This document shows positions 18,334-27,100 of a DNA stretch of 64,000 nt, one piece after another. Every line of letters begins with the position of its first letter. The stretch's first letter is position 1. The notes beneath the pieces are model-generated. The model did no database searches, was not told the origin of the DNA, and saw only the letters and a program-made list of their open reading frames with translations. The stretch is from assembly GCA_035997505.1 (NCBI GenBank), contig DASYIN010000011.1, forward strand, positions 14,770-78,769. The letters are read 5' to 3'. The DNA is from Steroidobacteraceae bacterium (GTDB lineage: Bacteria; Pseudomonadota; Gammaproteobacteria; Steroidobacterales; Steroidobacteraceae). The position numbers and the translations under genes are program-made.

Positions 18334-19092
18334 TTGCGCTCGGGGTCGTTGCCGTTGATACCAGTCTCAATTCTTTCGCTGCTGATCCAGGTGGCGCTCA
18401 TCGTGCACGTGATCAGAACCGGCCGGAACACCCTCTGGATCTTCGCCATTGGGCTTCTGCCGGGCATTGGTTCGCTCGCGTATGTGATCGCTGAGGTTTT
18501 GCCTGACCTGTTCGGCGGCCGCACTGCGCGCCGCGCCAAATCCGGCATGCAGCGCATGATCGACCCGAACCGGGACCTGCGCCGCGCCGCCACGGAAGTC
18601 GAAATCTCCGGAAATGTCGACGCGCGGCGCCGCCTCGGCGAGGAATTGTCCGAGCGTGCGCAGTTCGATGAAGCCATCGAGGTATATCGCGGCGGTCTCC
18701 GGGGGGTTTTCGAATTCGATCCGACGCTGCTACTGGGCATGGCCGAGGCGCAATTCGGCAAGCACGACTTTGCCGGGGCGCGTGCCACGCTGGAGTCGTT
18801 GGCGCAGCACAATCCGGATTTCAAGTCGGCCGATGCACAGCTGCTGTATGCGCGAACGCTGGAAGCGCAGGATGCGCTGGACGAGGCCGAGCGTCAGTAC
18901 GCACTGATTGCGCCTGGATTTCCCGGCGCCGAAGCGCGCCTGCGCTATGGCTTGTTGCTCAAGCGCCGCGGCAAGCTGCAGGAAGCACAGCGCATACTCA
19001 AGGACTTGCTGGACGGCGCCAAGCTCGGTCCGGCCCACTACCGCAAAGCGCAGGCCGAATGGCTGGACCGCGCGCGGCGCGAATTAAGCTAA
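18334..19092 (+). CDS. membrane-anchored protein with PLDc_N-like N-terminal TM pair and cytoplasmic TPR-like repeats
   Basis: The N-terminus, LIQVALIVHVIRTGRNTLWIFAIGLLPGIGSLAYVIAEVLPDL, matches the cardiolipin-synthase N-terminal (PLDc_N) pattern. The remainder is helical, TPR-like repeats. Confidence 0.65.
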   Translation: MRSGSLPLIPVSILSLLIQVALIVHVIRTGRNTLWIFAIGLLPGIGSLAYVIAEVLPDLFGGRTARRAKSGMQRMIDPNRDLRRAATEVEISGNVDARRRLGEELSERAQFDEAIEVYRGGLRGVFEFDPTLLLGMAEAQFGKHDFAGARATLESLAQHNPDFKSADAQLLYARTLEAQDALDEAERQYALIAPGFPGAEARLRYGLLLKRRGKLQEAQRILKDLLDGAKLGPAHYRKAQAEWLDRARRELS

Positions 19093-19137
19093 AATCCGGC
19101 GGCAGCTTCAATTCCATTTTTAAATCGGGAGTCTTCC

Positions 19138-19746
19138 ATGCAACTGAGCAGGCGCTTAAGTTCGCTCGTTTTGGCGTCCGTGGCTGCCATTGCGCTGGCG
19201 GCGTGCACCGGGCAAAAAGTGCCCGCGGAAAAGCTCATTGCTGAAATTCAGCAGACCGTTACGGCTGCTTCCGATGAGGCGAAGAAGTACATTCCCGAAC
19301 AGCTCATGGCTGTGCAGACAAAGTTGGACGATCTCAAGGCCTCATTCGAGAAGAAAGATTACCCTGCCGTGGTGACCGGAGCCCCGCCGGTGCTGGATGC
19401 CGCGCAATCGCTGGCCACGGCTGCCGCCGCAAAAAAGGACGAAGTGCTCAAGGCACTGAACGACAAGTGGACGGCGCTGGCCGGCAGCGTGCCGGGCTAC
19501 ATGACCGCGATCCAGAATCGCATCGATGCGCTGGGTAAGAAATCCAATAAAAAGGCCGCCGCAGGAATTGACCTTGACGCAGCCCGATCCGGCGTAAGCG
19601 ATGCGACTTTGTTGTGGTCCAAGGCACAAGGTGCGTTCGCCGCCGGCAACTTGGAGGAGGCGGTCAACACCGCGCAGAGCGTCCGGGCAAAGGTCGAGGC
19701 GCTGGCGGCGACATTGAAGCTGGACCTTTCCGCCGTCAAATCATAG
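19138..19746 (+). CDS. helical lipoprotein, function unknown
   Basis: Lipobox IALAAC. 202 aa, Ala/Lys-rich helical sequence. Confidence 0.6.
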   Translation: MQLSRRLSSLVLASVAAIALAACTGQKVPAEKLIAEIQQTVTAASDEAKKYIPEQLMAVQTKLDDLKASFEKKDYPAVVTGAPPVLDAAQSLATAAAAKKDEVLKALNDKWTALAGSVPGYMTAIQNRIDALGKKSNKKAAAGIDLDAARSGVSDATLLWSKAQGAFAAGNLEEAVNTAQSVRAKVEALAATLKLDLSAVKS

Positions 19747-20640
19747 GGCGAGAGTGCCCTCGCTGATGATAATTGCCGTGCCGGCAATGTAGGCGGCAAT
19801 CATGCTGCCCTGGTCGATTTCAAGACGCACTCTGACCTGGCCGGGGCGCATCATCTGGTAGCCCTGCCGGCCGATGAACGTGGTGGATTTTCTCGCAAAC
19901 TGGCCCAAATCCCAAAGATACGCCGCGAGCATGGCGTGCGCATTGCCGCTGACCGGGTCTTCGGGGATACCCAGCGCGGGGCAGAACATGCGCGATTCGG
20001 TCCAGATCTCGTCGGAATCGCGATTGACGCCGAACAAGAAGAAACCGTCCGTTCCAAGCTCGCTGCCCAGCGACAGCAGCGTCTCGAAATTCGGCGCGAG
20101 CTTGTCCAAAATACGGTGGTCGGCGATCGGCACGAGCAGGCGGCTGCTGCCCTTGCGGGCGATTCGGGCCGGCATGACTTCGTGCAGCTGCGTGGCCGGG
20201 AGTTTGAGCGCCTCGGCGACCCGCAACGTGGTCTTGAACGGCAGCGGCGCGTCCAGCTCAGGCATCGTTTGGCGAAATTCGATCACGGATTCCGTTCCCG
20301 TCGCGCGCGTCTCTGTTTGAGCGCTGACCTCGACGATCCCGGTGCCGGAGTGCTGGCGGCAAACACCCGTCGTGCGCCGTCCCAATGCCAGGAGCACGGC
20401 GTGGGCGGCCACGGTAGCGTGTCCTACAAATGGCGACTCCTTGCGTGCGTTGAAAAAACGCAACCGCACATCGTGGTCCGCGGCGTTGGCCGCGAGCACG
20501 AACGCCACTTCGGCGTGGGCGAATTCGCGCGCGACCGCCTGCAACGTGGCGTCGTTTTGACCGTCCGCGTCGAGCACGACGATCGCTGGATTACCGGTGA
20601 AGCGCGTCGCGGTGAACGCGTCTACTTGAAAAATGCGCAA
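19741..20640 (-). CDS. PhzF-family isomerase
   Basis: MRIFQVDAFTATRFTGNPAIVV N-terminus and overall PhzF/YddE pattern; 299 aa. Confidence 0.85.
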   Translation of the reverse strand: MRIFQVDAFTATRFTGNPAIVVLDADGQNDATLQAVAREFAHAEVAFVLAANAADHDVRLRFFNARKESPFVGHATVAAHAVLLALGRRTTGVCRQHSGTGIVEVSAQTETRATGTESVIEFRQTMPELDAPLPFKTTLRVAEALKLPATQLHEVMPARIARKGSSRLLVPIADHRILDKLAPNFETLLSLGSELGTDGFFLFGVNRDSDEIWTESRMFCPALGIPEDPVSGNAHAMLAAYLWDLGQFARKSTTFIGRQGYQMMRPGQVRVRLEIDQGSMIAAYIAGTAIIISEGTLAL

Positions 20641-20705
20641 TGCAGCCTCCGAAGCCTACGCGCAAGTTTTGCACGCATCGGGCCGGCAGGCTACACTTCT
20701 ATGAA

Positions 20706-20808
20706 CCTTGGGGTGGCTTGAAAAGGCCTGAGATGCGGAACATCGAATACTCGGTGAATTTCGCGAACCCGTTGAACCTGACCCGGTTAATACCGGCGTA
20801 GGGAGCAG
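20706..20808 (+). promoter_or_regulatory. TPP (thiamine pyrophosphate, THI-box) riboswitch
   Basis: CCTTGGGGTGGC...GGCCTGAGA...ACCCGTTGAACCTGACCCGGTTAATACCGGCGTAGGGAGCAGG matches the conserved GGGGTGC / CUGAGA / ACCUGAUCYGGAUAAUGCCRGCGUAGGGA core. The GGGAG RBS lies inside the 3-prime P1 strand. Confidence 0.92.
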
Positions 20809-21081
20809 GTGATTCATATGCGCGCAGCCGTCGAAATCAGCATGTATCCGTTGACCGGAGAGTATCGCCCGCCCATTCAGGCCTTCATCGATCGCTTGAA
20901 TACGCATTCGGGCCTCGTCGTGAGGACCAACGCCCTCGCTACGCAAATCTGGGGTCCACTCGACCGAGTGATGAGCGTTCTGACGGAAGAAATGGCCCGA
21001 TCGGCGGCCGACCCGACGCAGCTGGTCTTTGTGATGAAGGTGCTTCCGGGCCTGGCCCCGCCGGATCCGGGCCGAACGTGA
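20809..21081 (+). CDS. YkoF/MTH1187-like small thiamine/HMP-binding domain protein
   Basis: About 87-90 aa. AVEISMYPL...IQAFIDRL...GLVVRTNALATQIWG pattern of the DUF77/YkoF ACT-like fold. Sits directly behind the TPP riboswitch. Start is either GTG 20809 or ATG 20818. Confidence 0.65.
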   Translation: MIHMRAAVEISMYPLTGEYRPPIQAFIDRLNTHSGLVVRTNALATQIWGPLDRVMSVLTEEMARSAADPTQLVFVMKVLPGLAPPDPGRT

Positions 21082-21695
21082 TTCACGACCTATCGGTCCA
21101 GCTCGTAGGTGCCTGGCACGATACGAGCTGGGTCGAACTCTTGGCGGCCGCGCTCGCATTGATCTATGTGCCGCTTGCAATTGGACAGCGGTTGAGCTGC
21201 TGGTTTGCCGCGTTCGTCAGTTCCGTGCTGTACGTGTGGGTGTTTTTCTCGGCTCGTCTCTACATGGAGTCGGCGTTGAACGCCTTTTTTGCGGCCATGG
21301 CGGTCTATGGCTTCTGGCAGTGGCGCCAGGGACGGGAAGGCAGCGCGCTCGCGGTGTCTCGATGGCCGCCGGTCCGGCATGTATTGGCACTGATGGGGAT
21401 TGCCGCCGTGGCCGCCATCAACGCGTTTCTCCTGGCGCGATTTACGCCCGCAGCCAATCCCTTCATTGACTCCATGCTGACCTGGTCCAGCGTTTTCACG
21501 ACCTTCCTGGTGGCGCGCAAGGTCTATGAGAATTGGTACTGGTGGCTGCTGATCGATTCGATCAGCATGTGTTTGTACTTGACGCGCCATTTGTATCTGA
21601 CGATGCTGCTTTATGGTGTGTATGTCGTTCTGTGCGTGATCGGCATGCGCGAATGGCGCCGCAGCCTCCCCTCCGCCGCGTATGCAGCCGCCTGA
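21078..21695 (+). CDS. PnuC-family transporter, probable thiamine-specific PnuT
   Basis: GTGA overlap with the previous gene. About 7 TM helices. Trp-rich motif YGFWQWRQ and later YENWYWWLLID, typical of Pnu transporters. TPP riboswitch context. Confidence 0.8.
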   Translation: MIHDLSVQLVGAWHDTSWVELLAAALALIYVPLAIGQRLSCWFAAFVSSVLYVWVFFSARLYMESALNAFFAAMAVYGFWQWRQGREGSALAVSRWPPVRHVLALMGIAAVAAINAFLLARFTPAANPFIDSMLTWSSVFTTFLVARKVYENWYWWLLIDSISMCLYLTRHLYLTMLLYGVYVVLCVIGMREWRRSLPSAAYAAA

Positions 21696-22584
21696 TGTCG
21701 AGCGGTTATGCCGCACCATCGTGCCCGGCTCTGGAAGCGTGCAGGTGCAATTCTTGGGCGCGGGGTTGCTGAGTGAGACGTACAAAGTTACGCGCGATGG
21801 CGCCGCCTATGCGCTGAAAGTCGCGTCCGAACACCGTCCCGAATTAGGGCTGGATCGAGCTTGGGAAGTGCGGATACTCGAGCGTGCAGGCGGCGCAGGT
21901 CTGGCTCCGCGCCTGGCGTACTCGGATGCCGGCGGTACCGTCGTGGTTGCCCGCTGGGTCTCGGGCCTGCCATGGGTTTTGCAGGAGAGCACACTAACCG
22001 CGAGTATTCGCAGCATTGCGGCGCTGCTGCGCCGAGTTCACGCGCTGGCCGTTCCCGCGCCGCCGCGCGTGGTCAGCCCGCTGCAGTGGATCACGATTTA
22101 CGGCACGGCGCTTTCACGCAGATCAGCGCCTCCCGACGATCCTGCGCTGCGCACAGCGGCCATCAACCGCGCGCAGGAAATTGCCGAGCCGCCGCTCGTC
22201 GCCGGCGTCGTGTGCCACAGCGATCTGCACGCGATGAATTTGATCCGCGGCGCTGAATCCTTGATCTTGCTGGACTGGGAATACGCCCATGTTGCCGATC
22301 CGCTATGGGATCTCGCGGGTTGGAGCGCGAACAACGATCTCGAGGCGGGCGCCCAGTGGACACTGCTGAACGACTACATGCAAGCCACTCCAGCGCAGCA
22401 AGATTGGCGGCGTCTCAGGCTGTTTCTCTGGCTATACGACTACGTATGTTTGCTCTGGTGCCAACTTTACTCAAGCGTACTGGGCGAACAGGGGTGGGGC
22501 GGGGAGGGGGCAGGCAAAGGCATTGCCGAGCGCGCAAGAGTGCTCGACGCGCGGCTGCACCTTCCGGCACACTACGCCGCCTAG
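21682..22584 (+). CDS. APH/choline-kinase-fold phosphotransferase, thiamine-kinase (ThiK)-like
   Basis: 14-nt overlap with the pnu gene. Catalytic loop HSDLHAMNLI and LLDWEYA motif of the ChoK/ThiK branch. Confidence 0.7.
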   Translation: MQPPDVERLCRTIVPGSGSVQVQFLGAGLLSETYKVTRDGAAYALKVASEHRPELGLDRAWEVRILERAGGAGLAPRLAYSDAGGTVVVARWVSGLPWVLQESTLTASIRSIAALLRRVHALAVPAPPRVVSPLQWITIYGTALSRRSAPPDDPALRTAAINRAQEIAEPPLVAGVVCHSDLHAMNLIRGAESLILLDWEYAHVADPLWDLAGWSANNDLEAGAQWTLLNDYMQATPAQQDWRRLRLFLWLYDYVCLLWCQLYSSVLGEQGWGGEGAGKGIAERARVLDARLHLPAHYAA

Positions 22585-22614
22585 CGCCCCGCGAGGGCAG
22601 CAACGGAGGTTTGG

Positions 22615-22932
22615 ATGGCGCGGATGATTGTGGTGGATCGTGACGGCAAAGAACACGAGATCGAAGCAAAGACCGGATTGAAGATCATGGAGATTCTGCG
22701 GGAGCTCGACTACGGAGTCGCAGCGATTTGCGGAGGCCTTTGCTCCTGCGCCACGTGCCACATCTACGTCGATAAAAAGTGGGCCCCCCTGCTGCCGAAG
22801 CGGCAAAGCGACGAGCTCGAGCTGCTGAATGAGCTGCCCGATTACCGCGCCGAAACCTCGCGGCTCTCCTGCCAGGTCGACTTTACCGAAGCGCTGTCCG
22901 GCATCAAAGTGACCGTCGCAGCGGATTCGTAG
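22615..22932 (+). CDS. 2Fe-2S ferredoxin (adrenodoxin/putidaredoxin type)
   Basis: CGGLCSCATCH motif plus a distal Cys (LSCQV); 105 aa. Confidence 0.88.
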   Translation: MARMIVVDRDGKEHEIEAKTGLKIMEILRELDYGVAAICGGLCSCATCHIYVDKKWAPLLPKRQSDELELLNELPDYRAETSRLSCQVDFTEALSGIKVTVAADS

Positions 22933-22944
22933 GTCTGCCCCAAG

Positions 22945-23697
22945 TCACTGCTTCTTCTGCGCCTGCCGCTTGACGGCGTCTTGCGCGGCGGCGACCGCGC
23001 CGGGATCACCGAGGAAGCGCCGCGACAGCGGCTGTAGCTGTGCATCGAGCTCGTAAAGAATGGGGATGCCGGTCGGGATATTGAATTCCACGATGTCGGC
23101 CTCCGACATCATATCGAGCATTTTCACGAGTCCGCGCAGCGAGTTGCCGTGCGCGACGATGAGCACATTCTTGTTGGCCCGCAACTCGGGCACGATTCGC
23201 GTTTCCCAATAGGGCAGCACGCGCGACAGGGTGTCCTTCAACGATTCGGACGCGGGCAGCCAGGTCGGATCGACATCTGCGTAGCGCGGGTCGAAGCGCG
23301 GATGCCGCGGATCATCCGGGCTCAACGGCGGCGGCGGCACATCATAGCTGCGGCGCCAGAGTTTGACCTGCGCCTCGCCGTGCTGCTCAACCGTCTGTGC
23401 CTTGTTGAGCCCCTGCAAGGCGCCGTAGTGGCGCTCATTCAGCCGCCAACTGCCCTCGACCGGTATCCACATGCGATCGGTCGTGTCGAGAATCATCCAC
23501 AACGTGCGGATCGCACGCTTCAATACCGAGGTAAACGCAATGTTGGGCTCGATCTTTTCCGCCAACAGCTCGCGCCCGGCCTGCACCGCCTCCACGCGTC
23601 CCTGATCGCTCAGGTCGACGTCGTGCCAGCCAGTGAATAGATTCTCAACGTTCCAGGTGCTCTGGCCATGGCGAACCAAGATCAATTTTCCGGGCAT
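22945..23697 (-). CDS. gpmA: 2,3-bisphosphoglycerate-dependent phosphoglycerate mutase
   Basis: [16 protein letters not shown]... RHG motif. About 250 aa from the internal ATG at 23697. Confidence 0.93.
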   Translation of the reverse strand: MPGKLILVRHGQSTWNVENLFTGWHDVDLSDQGRVEAVQAGRELLAEKIEPNIAFTSVLKRAIRTLWMILDTTDRMWIPVEGSWRLNERHYGALQGLNKAQTVEQHGEAQVKLWRRSYDVPPPPLSPDDPRHPRFDPRYADVDPTWLPASESLKDTLSRVLPYWETRIVPELRANKNVLIVAHGNSLRGLVKMLDMMSEADIVEFNIPTGIPILYELDAQLQPLSRRFLGDPGAVAAAQDAVKRQAQKKQ

Positions 23698-23707
23698 TGC
23701 TTTTCTC

Positions 23708-24181
23708 CTAACGACGCATCGCCGCCGCGAACAGGCCGTCAAACACCGTGGCCAGCGTGGCGCCTTGGTGCACATTGACTTGCAGGCGGATTCGCCCGCG
23801 ATCGGCGCGCAGCAACATTCTTTCGAACTTGTCGATCTCGGCGCCTCCGGGTATCTCGATGCTGGCGCGCATCTCGCCGTGCACCGGCGCGAGGAAGCGC
23901 ATGCTCGACTCCTGGATCACCGCCTCGGCGTCGAGTCTGCGCGTGGCGAGGAAACGCGTGATCCAAGCCCAGCCGGTCAGCACCGCCAGCGAGTACAAGC
24001 TGCCGCCGAACGCCGTTCCCTTGTGATTCGCGTTCGGCGCAAGCGGCGCACGCAAAATGAGCCCGGTTTCGTCCGCCGACTCGACGATGATTCCCATCGG
24101 TCTCGCCAACATGATTTCCCGATCGATGCGCTCCTGCAGATAGTCCGCGCCGAATCCGCCTGCCTGCTGCATCTGGAGCAT
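23708..24181 (-). CDS. YiiD_C-type hotdog-fold thioesterase
   Basis: ...[31 protein letters not shown]... matches the pattern of the YiiD C-terminal thioesterase family. The start ATG shares one base with the gdh stop (TGATG). Confidence 0.7.
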   Translation of the reverse strand: MLQMQQAGGFGADYLQERIDREIMLARPMGIIVESADETGLILRAPLAPNANHKGTAFGGSLYSLAVLTGWAWITRFLATRRLDAEAVIQESSMRFLAPVHGEMRASIEIPGGAEIDKFERMLLRADRGRIRLQVNVHQGATLATVFDGLFAAAMRR

Positions 24182-27100
24182 CAATCCTGCGCGAGGCGCC
24201 TGACCGCCTGCAATGCCACGGAAATGGTCGCGAAGTCCGGCGGCGAACCGGTGCGCAGATCGGCGACCAGCCGTTTCAGCGAGTCGACGCTCACGGAATG
24301 CCGGGAAAGCCATTGATCGACCCGCGCCGCGGGCTCGCGACCCTTGCACCTAAGCACCTGCAGTGTTATCTGGCCCTGCAGTGCATACAAGTTCTCGCGC
24401 AGCGTGCCGCGCGCGACCCCCTGCCAATGTCCGTCCGCCGCCAACGATTCGATTTGCTCCTTGATCCAGGTGAGCCCGATGCGCTCCCCGAGATCGAAAT
24501 AGGCCCGGGCGGCATAGCCGATCCGCACCCGGGCGGTTCTCGAGACTTCGACCAGGTCGAGCGCACTGTGCAGCTCCTCGAGAGATGCGATGCGCACCGC
24601 GAGATGCTCCGGCACACGCTGCTCGACCAATTGCGAGCGCAGCGCGCTCATGCGGGCCTTTTGCGTGACGCCGAGAACGCCCGCCAATTCGTGGAACAGC
24701 TCGCTCACCTTGCCGGCGTAGCGGGAGACAGCGCGTTTGATGTCCAGATCGTTGCGCCGATTCTCGAGCAGCCAGTAGCTCATATGCCGCAGCAGGCGCG
24801 TCGTTTGAAACATCGCCGTGTACTGTACGGAGGCGGGAATGTGATTATCCAACGCTTCGATTTGCGCCCAGATATTGCGCACTGCAAACACCTCGCGTGC
24901 GATGCTGTAGGCACGCGCGATGGCCGCAGGATCCGCGCCCGTGTCGTCCTGAGCGCGCACCGGAAAGACCGGCCCCATGCGATTGATCAAACTGTTGGTA
25001 ATGGCGGTTGCGATGATCTCGCGGCGCAGACGATGCCGCCGGATCCGCCGCGCAAAGCGTTTCTGCACCGGCGCCGGAAAGTAGCGGTTGAGCTCGGTGG
25101 ACAGATAAGGATCCTCGGGTACGTCGGAGTGTATGAGCGCCCGGTAGAACCAGATTTTTCCGTAGCTCAAGACGATGGCGAGTTCCGGGCGCGTCAATCC
25201 TTCGCCCGCCTGGCGCCGTTCAGCAATGTCTTCATCGCTGGGCAGGTATTCCAGGGCGCGGTTCAAATCCCCGGAGCGTTCGAGCGCACGGATGACATAG
25301 GCATTTTCCGACAGCAGCTGCCGGGTCTGAAATTCGCCCATGCTGATTGCCTGGCCCTGCAGGTAGTTATTGCGCAGTACCAATCCGGCGACCTCGTCCG
25401 TCATCTGCACCAGCAGCCGATTGCGCGCGGGTTGCGTGATTTCGCGGGCGCGCACCGCGCCATTCAGCAAAATCTTCAGATTGACTTCGACGTCGGAGGT
25501 GTTCACACCGGCCGAATTGTCGATGAAATCCGTGTTGAGGCGGCCGCCGCGGCGGGCAAACTCGATGCGGCCGAGCTGCGAGAGCCCGAGGTTGCCGCCT
25601 TCGCCTATGACCTTGCAGTTCAATTCGCGTGCATCGATGCGCACCGCATCGTTGCTGCGGTCCCCGACATCGCTATGGCTTTCGCTGCTCGCCTTCACGT
25701 AGGTGCCGATGCCGCCGTTCCACAGCAGGTCGACATGCGCCTTCAAAATCGCCTTGATGACTTCGTTCGGCGTCGCCTGCGCCGGAAGCTCCAGCAGCGT
25801 CTGCGCCTCGCGCGACAGCGAAAGATTCTTGGTGGACCGCGAGTACACCCCGCCGCCCTTGGAGATGGCCTTGCGTGAATAATCGTCCCAGGAAGAGCGC
25901 GGCAACTTGAACAGGCGTTGGCGTTCCGCGAAGGAACGCGCAGCATCGGGCTGCGGATCGATGAAAATGTGCTGATGATTGAAGGCGGCGATCAGTCGTA
26001 TGTGCGGCGACTGCAGCATGCCGTTGCCGAACACGTCTCCGGCCATATCGCCAATGCCGCACACCGAGAAGTTCTGCGTCTGGATGTCCACGCCGATCTC
26101 GCGGAAATGGCGCTTGACGCATTCCCAGGCGCCGCGCGCCGTGATCGCCATCTTCTTATGGTCGTAGCCGGCCGAACCGCCGGACGCGAATGCGTCGCCG
26201 AGCCAAAAGGAATACTCCTGGGAAATCGCGTTGGCGATGTCCGAGAAAGTGGCCGTGCCCTTGTCGGCCGCAACCACGAGATAGGCATCGTCCTTGTCGT
26301 GGCGCACGACCATGCGGGGCGGAACGATCTTCTCATCGACAATGTTGTCGGTCACATCCAGCAGTCCGCGAATCAGTGTCTGATAGCAGGCGATCACCTC
26401 GGCCTGCTGCGCTTCGCGCTCGGGGGGAAGGCGCCTCACGACGAATCCGCCTTTGGCGCCGACCGGTACGATGACCGTGTTCTTCACCTGCTGTGCCTTC
26501 ATCAATCCCAATACTTCGGTGCGGAAATCCTCGCGTCGATCCGACCAACGAATGCCGCCGCGGGCCACGTGACCCATGCGCAGATGCACGCCTTCCATGC
26601 GCGGCGAGAATACGAATACCTCGAACAGCGGCTTCGGCAGCGGCAACTCGCGCAGCTGCTGGCTCTCAATCTTGAAGGAGAGGTATTCCTTGAGCTGGCC
26701 CGAGGCGTAGGGCTGGAAGGCATTGGTTCGCACCGTGGCGGAGAGCGCATTCCACAGAGCGCGCAGGATGCGATCCTCGTCGGAGCGCGTGACTTCCTCG
26801 AGCGCGGAGAGAATGTCGCGGCCGAGCCGTGCGAGAGACCTCGAGCGAACGGCGGCCTGCAGCTGCGGGTCGAATCGCGCCGTAAACACGTCGGCGAGGA
26901 GCCTCGAAATCGGCGCATTGTTCTCCAGCACCTGGGCGATGTAGCCCTGGCTGAAGGGCAGGCCGGTTTGCAGCAAGTAGCGGCAATACGCCCGCAACAC
27001 CGTGACCATGCGCCACGGAATCCCAGCCGAGAGCGTCAGCTGATTGAAGCTGTCGTTGTCCATGCGGCCGGTCCACACCGCGGTAAATGCACTCTTGATC

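Noticed and set aside
24298-25878. 526-aa plus-strand ORF (and further long plus-strand ORFs at 25918-27258, 27340-28011, 28057-28989) inside the gdh region
   Set aside because: They lie entirely antisense to the 1607-aa NAD-glutamate dehydrogenase, whose identity is unambiguous. Their composition is Arg/Ala/Gly/Leu-rich, typical of antisense frames in GC-rich DNA. Antisense ORFs of this gene are a known source of spurious protein families.
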